This document shows positions 38,665-46,928 of a stretch of DNA of 64,000 nt, piece by piece; positions within the stretch are counted from its first letter, which is position 1, and every line of letters begins with the position of its first letter. Location of the stretch: positions 5,907-69,906 of the IMG/VR virus record IMGVR_UViG_3300044643_001926. One strand, given 5' to 3'. The translations under genes and the position numbers were made by a program. The notes under the pieces are model-generated. The model saw only the letters and a list, made by a program, of their open reading frames with translations, was not told the DNA's origin and did no database searches. The stretch comes from a virus.

Positions 38665-39066
38665 TTATTCTTCCAAGGCACCTTGGGCGCTGGCCACTAA
38701 GCCGTCCCAAAAGGCTTCGTTCGCCGCATTTTCATAGGCCCGGCAAATGTCGTCCTCCTCTTCAGGCTCTAAGTCTGCAATGTCGTGACGACTCTCGAAG
38801 CAATCGGCCAGCAGTTCGCGGGGTGTATATCCGTCCGCATACTCTCCGGACAGATTCGGCGCGGCATAGGCATCAGTGATTTCCGGATCCCCTTCGTCGT
38901 AGCCTCGCAGGAATTCCCGGGCGGCATCTTTCCCGCCCCGACTCGAAGCGCGACCGCCCCAAGTGTCTTGCGAGACCCATCCCGCGCCATTCTTTCCGTG
39001 ACGCTTTCCGATTTTCTCCGCACGTTGCAACGCTAAGTTATATTTTTCGTCAGTGAGTGTTTTCAT
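38665..39066 (-). CDS. hypothetical acidic protein
   Basis: 'PNLSGEYADGYTP..L..ICRAYE' family. Confidence 0.65.
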   Translation of the reverse strand: MKTLTDEKYNLALQRAEKIGKRHGKNGAGWVSQDTWGGRASSRGGKDAAREFLRGYDEGDPEITDAYAAPNLSGEYADGYTPRELLADCFESRHDIADLEPEEEDDICRAYENAANEAFWDGLVASAQGALEE

Positions 39067-39094
39067 GGTCCGTAATTAAGAGGCCAGCAGTGGT

Positions 39095-39268
39095 TCAGTG
39101 AAGGGGTTCGGTGCAAAGCGCCGTCCAAGAGACATCGCAGATACGGATCACTCGAAGGTCTACCGCATGGCATCGCTCGATAACTCCGTTGACTTCATCC
39201 GCGGGGAAAATATCTGACCAGATTTTACCTGTGTTGGGACTCTCAAAGGTGAGTTCTTTATATTTCAT
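39095..39268 (-). CDS. hypothetical protein (57 aa)
   Basis: MKYKELTFES..; read manually. Confidence 0.5.
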   Translation of the reverse strand: MKYKELTFESPNTGKIWSDIFPADEVNGVIERCHAVDLRVIRICDVSWTALCTEPLH

Positions 39269-39292
39269 GATTCGCGCTTCAGGGTTCAGGGT

Positions 39293-39505
39293 TCAGGCTG
39301 CACGGTTCACGCGACCGCCGGACGGTCCGTTTTCCCCGGCGATATATCCGAGCCAGCGTTCCCGGTTGAAATTGGGATTCTGCGATTTGCAGAAGTCTGC
39401 GAGTTCGAGGATCGCTGCTTGTGAGAAGGCACCTTGCGCCGATCGATCAGCAGGACCGGAACGAATGATGACGTTTGCGAGTTGGATGAAGTGTTTCTTG
39501 CTCAT
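39293..39505 (-). CDS. conserved small phage protein
   Basis: 'MSKKHFI.LA..LADFC...NPNF.RERW' family; first gene of the array. Confidence 0.7.
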   Translation of the reverse strand: MSKKHFIQLANVIIRSGPADRSAQGAFSQAAILELADFCKSQNPNFNRERWLGYIAGENGPSGGRVNRAA

Positions 39506-39564
39506 ACATAAACAAGCGGCCAGCAGTCGGTTGAAATAACGCCATAACAGAGTAAACTGGAGCG

Positions 39565-40044
39565 ATGGGTAAACCCTCTCTCCCGGTCGATTGGGATGTC
39601 GTCAAAGGTCTTTATTTGCAAGGTGTCCCGGTTGCTACGCTTTCGGAACGCTTCGGGATCAACGCAAATACCTTACGCGCAAAGGCTTCCAAGAAAGGCT
39701 GGAACGCTATCGTCGGAACAGAGAAGGAACGCAAAGAGCAGATTACAGAGAAAAGCACGGCGATCGCTCGGGACATTTGGGCGGAGAGAAAAGAGACCAT
39801 CCGGGAAAGGATCCACTTAATCGGAGACCGAATGACTAAGGTTGCATCGGAACTACCTGATGACCAGATACTTAACAAGGCAGACAAGATCAAGATCGCT
39901 GCGGAGATAGCGGGGAAGATTGTTGGCCTGGATCGACAGGAGGACAAAAACGTGGTAAACATCGCACTATTAGGGAGTTACAGCGATTCTGACACCATCG
40001 ACATTCTGCCCCAATCTGCCCCAATGCTTCACGCTACAGAGTAA
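39565..40044 (+). CDS. terS: putative terminase small subunit
   Basis: N-terminal HTH 'DW..VK.LY..G.....LS.RFG....TL..KA.K.GW', helical core, 'GKIVGLD..NVVNI' tail. Confidence 0.6.
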   Translation: MGKPSLPVDWDVVKGLYLQGVPVATLSERFGINANTLRAKASKKGWNAIVGTEKERKEQITEKSTAIARDIWAERKETIRERIHLIGDRMTKVASELPDDQILNKADKIKIAAEIAGKIVGLDRQEDKNVVNIALLGSYSDSDTIDILPQSAPMLHATE

Positions 40045-40216
40045 AGGCGACAGGTTTCAAACCAGCGACCCCCACCACCCACCCCACCAGAGTAGAGGGC
40101 CAGGCCCCAACTCGCCCCTATATCTATCATTATCATGGGCTGTAAATTTTTTCGCCCAAAATGGAATTATTAACTTTTCGAAGGGGAGCCGGGTCGGACG
40201 GAACCCCCTCGATGCG

Positions 40217-40354
40217 CTAGAGCATAGCGGCAAGGCACTTCAGGAAACGACGCCACCGGGAGGCAGTCACGACAGCCTTCCGATCGCACCGCTCGAAGTA
40301 GCCAAGACCGCCATAAGGTCCGTAGACCAGGCCAAGATCATTCGATCGATACAT
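40217..40354 (-). CDS. small ORF (45 aa) with perfect Shine-Dalgarno
   Basis: AAGGAGGTGA just upstream of ATG 40354. Confidence 0.4.
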   Translation of the reverse strand: MYRSNDLGLVYGPYGGLGYFERCDRKAVVTASRWRRFLKCLAAML

Positions 40355-40499
40355 ACGGGTTCACCTCCTTTCATAGGCCCATAAGAAAGCACACATCGGG
40401 CCAAGTGCTATAGTAATGCCGGCGGGGTGCTGCCTGTGTCACCGTATGGTGCGCCGAAAGCAGCCCGATGCGGCTAAACCCCGGCCCCGCCTCCTCTTT

Positions 40500-40718
40500 A
40501 TGAAAGCCACCCTGGAGTTCCACCTCCCCGAAGACGACGAAGCCCTGACCGACGCCCGGAAGGGCTCCGACTGGCGATGGGCGGTCGACGACCTCTTCAA
40601 CTACCTCAAGTCCGAGACCAAGCACGCTGACCACTCGGCCGAGGAATACGCGATCTTCGATAAGGTCCGCGAGAAACTGGCCGAGATCCTCTCCGAGCGC
40701 GATCTGAGGGTCTGGTAA
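40500..40718 (+). CDS. conserved small phage protein
   Basis: 'MKATLEF.LPED' family. Confidence 0.7.
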   Translation: MKATLEFHLPEDDEALTDARKGSDWRWAVDDLFNYLKSETKHADHSAEEYAIFDKVREKLAEILSERDLRVW

Positions 40719-40867
40719 TGTCCGGCTGGCTGATCGCGGCGACCGGCGTGGCTTACGCTTGGGTTGCGATTGAGATGGCGTTATCCGGTAAGTGGCCGTT
40801 GGCGATCGTGTGGGGCGGATATGCCTTCGCCCAGATCGGGCTCTATATCGTCAGCCGGCAGGGCTGA
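40718..40867 (+). CDS. small membrane protein (49 aa)
   Basis: MSGWLIAATGVAY..GYAFAQIGL; TAATG coupling. Confidence 0.65.
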   Translation: MSGWLIAATGVAYAWVAIEMALSGKWPLAIVWGGYAFAQIGLYIVSRQG

Positions 40868-40909
40868 ACCCCCTACTTTCGAGAAGTCGCGCTCGAATTA
40901 CGCCTTCCA

Positions 40910-41215
40910 GGTGGGGGTGAGAGAATCTGACCCCCGTCACCCCCACGTCTGACCCCCACACTTAAAGCCTTCGATATGAGGGGTTTAACCCCTCTTGGGG
41001 GTGAGGGGGTGAGACACAGTTCTTTTTAGAATAAAAAAGTATAGGAGGGGGACGCCCGCTCCCCCACCGAGAGAATACGACCCACGGGGGTCTCCCCCCG
41101 ATTTGTCACCCCCCTCACCCCCACGAGGGGTTAAACCACTGTCGGACAGCACTTTAAGTGTGGGGGTGAGACCGCGGGTGAGAGATTTGGTGGGGGTGAC
41201 GATTTCCACCCCCAC
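40910..41215. repeat. long imperfect inverted repeat built from GTGGGGGTGA/TCACCCCCAC units (candidate origin)
   Basis: 40952-40967 pairs perfectly with 41152-41167; 40984-41012 pairs nearly perfectly with 41106-41135. Confidence 0.8.
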
Positions 41216-41374
41216 ATGATACAGCGAGCCTCTAATCACATTCCTCTGTAGCCCGTATCTCGACACATGAACCCTGTCATGTCGAAGCCGTCGACATCAA
41301 TCCTGAGATATTTTCACGGCGCTTTTAGCCCGTGCACATAACCAGTTCCCGTCGGTTCCCGACCAGTTCCGGAA

Positions 41375-41800
41375 CTAGATCCACCGGACCACGCAGCCCG
41401 CTTCATGGAACATGGTGCGTGCGGCAGCGAAGCTCTCCTCCCATCGGGGAACCGAGTGCTCCGGGCAGTAGACCTCTTTGATGCCTGCTTGGACGATAGC
41501 AGCGGCACAATGTGCACAGGGCTGGAAGGGGTAGACGAAGATCGAGTGCCCTCCCAGGGGCTCTTTGGCCGCGAGGATGGCATTCATCTCCGCGTGCAAA
41601 GTGAACAACAGTTTTGAAGATCTATCGCTAATTCTATCCACCCGATCCTCGACCCCGCGGGGGAACCCGTTGAAGCCGACCGAGGCGATCGATCGGTCTG
41701 GCCGGACGATGACGGCCCCGACTTGGCTACTGGGGTCCTTGGACCACGTTGCAACGTGCGAGGCTAAGTTAATAAACCTCGCGGTCCATTTGGCGTCCAT
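41375..41800 (-). CDS. dCMP deaminase
   Basis: 'SKDPS.QVGA', 'GFNGFPRG', HAEMNA, PCAHC. Confidence 0.93.
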   Translation of the reverse strand: MDAKWTARFINLASHVATWSKDPSSQVGAVIVRPDRSIASVGFNGFPRGVEDRVDRISDRSSKLLFTLHAEMNAILAAKEPLGGHSIFVYPFQPCAHCAAAIVQAGIKEVYCPEHSVPRWEESFAAARTMFHEAGCVVRWI

Positions 41801-44100
41801 CAGAACGGATCGGTGGACTCCGGCTCCTCCGGCTCGGGGGTAGGCCGGGTCAGCTTCCAGCGGTAGACCTTCTGGCGTCCGTAGCGGCGATTGAGCAGGA
41901 CGACATTGGAGTCACCTCGGGTCGAAAGCTGCATCAGACGGGCTGAGAGCAACCGCACCGGCCATTCGCGGGTCAGGGAGTTATTGTCGAAGGTGTCGTT
42001 GAAGGACTGGTGGAGGTCGACCGTAGTGCCCTCCCACTCATCGCCCTCCCGGCGGCTCCACCAACTGTTGAGGGTGTCGCGCAGTTCGGCGTGACGACCG
42101 GAGGCGTCGATCTTCTCGCGCACTTCCTCGGCGATGCAGCTACGGACGACGTAGCGGTTGGCCGCGTCGATGTATCGGGCCGGAACGTCCCATGCCTTGA
42201 GCCAAGCGAGGAAGGCCGGCAGTTCGGTCTCCACGTCCTTGAGTTCTTCGACCGTCGGGCCTTCGTCGTAGGTTCTGAGGGCCAGGGCGATGATCTTATC
42301 CTCGTTTGAGATATCGAGGGCGGGGACGGCCTTGATCGAAACCGGATCGTCGTTGGCTGCAATGACGACTCTCCCGCGCCATTCGACCATGATCGGTGTC
42401 AGATACTTCTCGTGGTATTTGTGCTTCCCGTGGGCCACGAGCTTCTTCACGTAGCTCGCGTAGCGTTGCAGCGCGGACTCGGATTCCGCGGCACGGGAAT
42501 CGTCGATGATGGCGAGCGGGGACTGGAAGAGATCGGCGTTGAAGCCGTTGCCTTCACCCGAGACGACCGAGGAGAGATCGGCGTAGCCGCCCATAGCGGG
42601 CGAGAGGAGACGCTCGATGAGGAAGGTCTTAAAGCAGTGGACGGGTCCGACCAGGATCATCGCCTGACCCATGCACAACTTGCCGGCCTCGGCCGACTCG
42701 TAGAAGCGTTTCAGCCAGAAGAGGAAGATGTCCTTGTAGTCGTCGTTGGCGAAGACGTTGTCCAAGATCGCGGCGTAGCGGGGGAAGCCGACGCCCCAAG
42801 CGTCTGCGGTCTCCGCGGCGGGCACGATGCGGACGTTCTTGGCGGTGTTCAGGTATTTCTTGCCGCCCTCGCTCCAGAGTTCGTTCGGGTTGTAGAGACT
42901 CGGGCCTGCACCGTCCACGCGGCGGTGGGTGCGGATGAAGGCTTTGGCTTTGTCCATCGGCGACATGGCTGCACCTTTCGGGGCGCGGTCGGAGATGTTG
43001 CGGCATTTGAGTTCGCTGGAAAGCATGGCCACCATCTCGTAGCGCCAGATCCCGTCGCCCGCTTTCATAAAGAAGGTCTTCCCGTCGTAGTAAATGTCGT
43101 CAAACTGTCCGCTCTTATTCGTCTTGGGCGACGAATTAGAAGAGTCCGTCTCTGGAGCGGTCGTCTCTTCTGACGAGTTGGCATCGTCGTCCGATACTTC
43201 CGCGCTCTTACCCGCCTCGGGATTGAAGTAGATCAAGGTCTGAGCCTTGCCCGTGTCACGGCGCATACACCCAGGAACCCGGGTCAGGCGCACCGCGGAC
43301 ATCGCGGCAGGATCCGCTCCGAGCGGGACGACGAGGTCGGCGATCTCGCTGGCCTTTAGTAAATAACCGTCGCGGTCTTTCTGGCCAACGCGCACGAGAG
43401 CGTGAGCGGACTTCGAGCCCGAGGTAGTGACGGCGACGATTGGGAGATCGAGCTTGGTGAGGACACGGAGCCAGAGTTCCATCTCGACCGAATCCGATTC
43501 GATCAAGAGATACTCGTAAGCGACCAAGTTTTCCTCGGCGCGTTGCGACTTCTTACCGAGCCGCGGGATTGGGAGAAACTTCCCGTTCACTGGGTTGACC
43601 ATGATCCACGCACCTTCGGTATTGTTCGCGATGGCGCTGGTGACCAGTTGGTCCGGCAGACTTTCGTTCCAGACGAGCTTCCCCTGGGACTGCTGGTCGG
43701 TGAAGATGATGTTCGCCTGCTTTGGGTAGAGTCGGCGGAGGAACTCGGACGCGGTGATGTCGGCGACCGCGACAGGCGAGGACTGGAGGAAATCTTCCAC
43801 CGGAAGGGGGCCTTCCGCGGTCAGGGCTTTGAGCTTTTCCTCATCGAACTCCCGCTTGAGCGAGACACGGGCCTTGGGCTCGATCAATCCCTCGACCTCG
43901 GCACGCACCTTGGAGACCGTGTCGACGATCTCGCGGGGTTGGGGTGGGCGCTCAAGGTAGTGGGTGATCCATTGGTCGATGAATTGGTCATCATAGGAGT
44001 TAGCAACCAGCGCGTGCGTCGCGCCATACATCCATGAGTGGCATCCTTGGCCGGAGGCTGGGCATGGGTTTATTCCGAGTTCTTCAGGTGTGGGATTCAT
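41800..44100 (-). CDS. primase-helicase (AEP-like primase plus C-terminal NTPase)
   Basis: 'YLLIESD', 'SGSKSAHALV', 'RLTRVPG'; 'ILVGPVHCFKT', 'FNADL', 'IIDDS'. Confidence 0.8.
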   Translation of the reverse strand: MNPTPEELGINPCPASGQGCHSWMYGATHALVANSYDDQFIDQWITHYLERPPQPREIVDTVSKVRAEVEGLIEPKARVSLKREFDEEKLKALTAEGPLPVEDFLQSSPVAVADITASEFLRRLYPKQANIIFTDQQSQGKLVWNESLPDQLVTSAIANNTEGAWIMVNPVNGKFLPIPRLGKKSQRAEENLVAYEYLLIESDSVEMELWLRVLTKLDLPIVAVTTSGSKSAHALVRVGQKDRDGYLLKASEIADLVVPLGADPAAMSAVRLTRVPGCMRRDTGKAQTLIYFNPEAGKSAEVSDDDANSSEETTAPETDSSNSSPKTNKSGQFDDIYYDGKTFFMKAGDGIWRYEMVAMLSSELKCRNISDRAPKGAAMSPMDKAKAFIRTHRRVDGAGPSLYNPNELWSEGGKKYLNTAKNVRIVPAAETADAWGVGFPRYAAILDNVFANDDYKDIFLFWLKRFYESAEAGKLCMGQAMILVGPVHCFKTFLIERLLSPAMGGYADLSSVVSGEGNGFNADLFQSPLAIIDDSRAAESESALQRYASYVKKLVAHGKHKYHEKYLTPIMVEWRGRVVIAANDDPVSIKAVPALDISNEDKIIALALRTYDEGPTVEELKDVETELPAFLAWLKAWDVPARYIDAANRYVVRSCIAEEVREKIDASGRHAELRDTLNSWWSRREGDEWEGTTVDLHQSFNDTFDNNSLTREWPVRLLSARLMQLSTRGDSNVVLLNRRYGRQKVYRWKLTRPTPEPEEPESTDPF

Positions 44101-44111
44101 TTATGTGATTA

Positions 44112-45488
44112 TTACTTGGTATACTGTTTTGAAATGATCGCTTCGGCTCCGAGGGGGAGGTCTGAACACCACGAGGGCGGTGTGCACATGATTTTCTCGA
44201 CGGCTTGGCGATGGGCTTCGGCGTCGGATTCGTCCACCAGCAAAACTACTTCGTCGTGGACTCTTAGCAAAATTTCATAGCCCGCGTCTTCCAGCGCCAT
44301 GACGCGATCCATGAAGACATCGCGGGCGAATGCCTGAGTGGCGTTTTCAGCGAGGAGTCCGCCATATAGTTTGACCTCCATCATTTTGCCGAGCCGCGGA
44401 AGGAGTCCGGTGATCTCGCCGTTGTGGCGCTTGATCTGGCGGTAGACTAGTTCGCGGCCGGAGGGTAGGGGGATGGTCAGTTCGCGGTCATTCGGGTCGG
44501 TAGAGACACGCAGCGCCCGGTCGAGCTTCTTCCACAGCGCGATGATCTTCGGACTGGCTTCGCGATACGACTGCACAATCGATGTCGCTTCCTGCAAAGT
44601 AATGTCGAGTCCGGCCAGCATCTTGGCGACGACGACGAACTTTGCGGGTCCGCAGCCATAGCCGAGACCCAGGACGCGGGCCTTGGCGAGAAAGCGCATC
44701 TTCGGATCCACTTCCTTGAGCGGTCGCGGGTCGTTGTAGCCCATCGTCGCACGAGCGTGTGCCTCGTAGATGTCGACGCCACTGGCGATCAGATCGAGAA
44801 GTTCGGTGTCCTTGGCGAGGTAAGGGAGACAGCGTGCTTCGATCTGGGCAAGGTCGCAGATGACGAGCGTCTTGCCTTCCGGAGCTTCGATCAACTTGCG
44901 GATGTCGACGCCGGCTACTTCACCCTTCGGGATGTTCTGGCAGTTCCAGCCGCCACCGCCCGAGTCCCGTCCGGTCGTCGCCCCGAAGAACTTCAACTCA
45001 TACGGCATACGCCCGTCGGGGCGGGTGCGAGCGATCATTGTGGTCACCGTGTTGAGGTGTTTATTCGCTTTGCGGTAATCCCTGACCGCCCGCACCCAAG
45101 GAAATTTGTCGGAGAACTCTGCCTCCCATGCCGCGCCTTCCGGATCTTTCTCGGCAAAAGACTTCGGAGCCCGGATACCTTCCTTCTCGCACTGATCGCG
45201 GATCGCTTGCAGTGACAGGGGAGGATACTCGCCACCGATCCACGGAAGCAGGGCTTCGGCACGGCGCTTCTCCAAGATAAGTTTATCGCGGGCCTCGATG
45301 AGGCGGTCCATGTTGACCGGCACTCCGCGCATTCCCATCTGGCGGGTCATCGCGGAGATCCGCCATTCGGTGTCCGGCATCTTCTCGGCATACTTCTGCC
45401 AGAGCATGAAGGTCGCTTTGGTATCCAAGAGCGCGTAGCGGGCGACTTCTTTCTTGAAGTCGTTGGTCATGTAAGGGGATTTAGGCAT
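44112..45488 (-). CDS. polA: family A DNA polymerase, C-terminal part (ExoIII plus polymerase domain)
   Basis: YALLD (ExoIII), TTGR, motif A DLAQIEAR, motif B RFLAKARVLGLGYG, motif C VHDE. Confidence 0.92.
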   Translation of the reverse strand: MPKSPYMTNDFKKEVARYALLDTKATFMLWQKYAEKMPDTEWRISAMTRQMGMRGVPVNMDRLIEARDKLILEKRRAEALLPWIGGEYPPLSLQAIRDQCEKEGIRAPKSFAEKDPEGAAWEAEFSDKFPWVRAVRDYRKANKHLNTVTTMIARTRPDGRMPYELKFFGATTGRDSGGGGWNCQNIPKGEVAGVDIRKLIEAPEGKTLVICDLAQIEARCLPYLAKDTELLDLIASGVDIYEAHARATMGYNDPRPLKEVDPKMRFLAKARVLGLGYGCGPAKFVVVAKMLAGLDITLQEATSIVQSYREASPKIIALWKKLDRALRVSTDPNDRELTIPLPSGRELVYRQIKRHNGEITGLLPRLGKMMEVKLYGGLLAENATQAFARDVFMDRVMALEDAGYEILLRVHDEVVLLVDESDAEAHRQAVEKIMCTPPSWCSDLPLGAEAIISKQYTK

Positions 45489-45681
45489 CTCGTTCAGCCT
45501 TCATCTTGTTAATAGTCTTCGCCAACGCTTCGGCCAGAGCGAGCGTGGAGCGGTATTGAATCCGCGCCTCGTCCCGCTCGCGCTCCAGCTTCTTGGCGTG
45601 GGCAGTAAGCGCGGCAAATTCGTAGTCCCAGTCGTCATTCAACGCCTCGATAAAAGCGTCTGTCTCCGGTGTCTCACTCAT
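45481..45681 (-). CDS. small coiled-coil protein (inside the polA split)
   Basis: 'TPETDA..AKKLERERDEAR'. Confidence 0.65.
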   Translation of the reverse strand: MSETPETDAFIEALNDDWDYEFAALTAHAKKLERERDEARIQYRSTLALAEALAKTINKMKAERDA

Positions 45682-45860
45682 GCCGCCCCCTTCGTAGGAT
45701 CTGGAATCGGAATCGGCCGGGGGAACATGTAGGGCCGCAGATGCGACTTCCGGCTACCGGGTTTGCGTTGGTAACCCAGCAGCGCGTATTGGTCGCCGGA
45801 CTTCCCAAAGATCGGCAAGAGCCGGCCTTGGTCTATGAGCTTTTTGATTTTAGGTGTCAT
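45678..45860 (-). CDS. small basic protein (inside the polA split)
   Basis: 60 aa, coupled on both sides. Confidence 0.5.
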   Translation of the reverse strand: MTPKIKKLIDQGRLLPIFGKSGDQYALLGYQRKPGSRKSHLRPYMFPRPIPIPDPTKGAA

Positions 45861-46249
45861 TGCTTCTCCTCCACGAGACGTTGGTATTCATTCCAGCCGT
45901 CCATCGATTGTTTGACGTGATTTGTCACATCCAGCCAACTGGCTTGGTTTTTGATGAGCGTCACAGTTACTTCGCGAACGAACTCATCCCGAGCCGGATC
46001 GGCTTGTGTTGAAAACGGCAGGAAGAGGGCCAGCGCAACAAGGGCCGCACGTCTGACAAATGTCTGACCGCCCAGCCACATCGCGTTGAGATGCTCGTGG
46101 GAGTAGTCCGCTTTCCAGAAGAAAGCCGAACGGCAGTGGGTTTTGCGGTCTTCCTCGAACGTGACATAGCCATCGTTCTCGTGGCCGAATTCTTCGGGTG
46201 TGCGCCATCCGGAGATGGCTTGGAATACTTTTAAGAGTCCTTGGTCCAT
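45857..46249 (-). CDS. hypothetical protein with hydrophobic segment (inside the polA split)
   Basis: 130 aa; start overlaps the end of the exonuclease ORF. Confidence 0.45.
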   Translation of the reverse strand: MDQGLLKVFQAISGWRTPEEFGHENDGYVTFEEDRKTHCRSAFFWKADYSHEHLNAMWLGGQTFVRRAALVALALFLPFSTQADPARDEFVREVTVTLIKNQASWLDVTNHVKQSMDGWNEYQRLVEEKQ

Positions 46250-46716
46250 TTCATTCCTTTCATGTTGTCTCGGGTCGACTTACTCATCTCGATCCCGAGG
46301 AGATGTTTGGCTGCTTCCTTGAGCGACCTGGGGTATCCGAGGTAGGCAGCGAGGTCGGCCGTATCGAAGACGTAGCGCGGCTTAACCCCAGGCACCTTGC
46401 CGATCTCGACGAGGGCATCGAAGAGCGTCAGATCGAAGGCCGCGTTGTGCATAATCCAATCGCGCAGGTGACATTCGGACCAAGGCGCATCTGCTGGCTG
46501 GCCGACGAAACAAGTCCCGTCGTCGAAATACATCGCGACCATGTAGATGTCGGTTTCGCGAGCATACTTCCAAGCGCCCATCGTGGTGACCGAGATGTCC
46601 TTGTCGTAGTAGCTCTCGAAGTCGATCGCGACAGAGGGATGCCGGGGGAGGACTGGTTGGCGCTCCGCCCTCCCAGACGGATTGTTTGATTCAGTGGTCT
46701 CCCCCGGCAAAGTCAT
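46231..46716 (-). CDS. family A DNA polymerase, N-terminal 3'-5' exonuclease part (ExoI and ExoII)
   Basis: IDFESY (ExoI), HNAAFD (ExoII), DTA..PRSL..A..LG; ExoIII absent. Confidence 0.88.
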   Translation of the reverse strand: MTLPGETTESNNPSGRAERQPVLPRHPSVAIDFESYYDKDISVTTMGAWKYARETDIYMVAMYFDDGTCFVGQPADAPWSECHLRDWIMHNAAFDLTLFDALVEIGKVPGVKPRYVFDTADLAAYLGYPRSLKEAAKHLLGIEMSKSTRDNMKGMKWTKDS

Positions 46717-46928
46717 AGCTCGTAGATTGGTTGTTCCGGATTAAACAATGCCGGCGGTGGAAGCTGTGCGCGTAGCCACTCGATCTCGGTGAGAAGGTCT
46801 CCAGCAAAGAGGCAAAGGTCATCGACCAGTTCCTCTTGGGCCGCGATCTCGTCGATCAGTTGTCCGAGCGTTGTGAAAGAGTCACGCGGTCCGAAATTGA
46901 TGCGACCGATGGTGTAGTCAGTGTTCAT
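46713..46928 (-). CDS. hypothetical protein
   Basis: MNTDYTIGRI.., coupled ORF. Confidence 0.5.
   Translation of the reverse strand: MNTDYTIGRINFGPRDSFTTLGQLIDEIAAQEELVDDLCLFAGDLLTEIEWLRAQLPPPALFNPEQPIYEL

Larger units (their letters stand above)
30709..39526 (-). repeat. 17 dispersed co-oriented 15-bp direct repeats at gene junctions (minus-strand consensus STGCTGGCCTCTTAA)
   Basis: + strand ttaagaggccagca(c/g) or close variants starting at 30709, 30990, 31309, 32403, 32706, 34445, 35514, 36099, 36516, 36754, 36995, 37486, 37936, 38264, 38456, 39076, 39512. Confidence 0.95.

Noticed and set aside
30709-39526. CRISPR array interpretation of the 15-bp repeats
   Set aside because: The repeats are too short, the intervals are irregular (about 190-1740 bp) and contain whole ORFs, and there is no cas operon. 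The Cas4-like domain belongs to the replication module.
30709-39526. Sigma-54 promoter interpretation (TGGC-N7-TTGC spacing)
   Set aside because: TGGC is present, but the -12 GC position reads AC, GT or TT in most copies, so it is not conserved.
30709-39526. Classical integron attC sites or shufflon
   Set aside because: The motif is not palindromic, lacks GTTRRRY/RYYYAAC ends, and all copies are direct rather than inverted.
45489-46230. Intein or self-splicing intron in polA
   Set aside because: The gap contains stop codons and three coupled small ORFs; no intein termini, homing endonuclease, maturase or recognisable intron core was seen.
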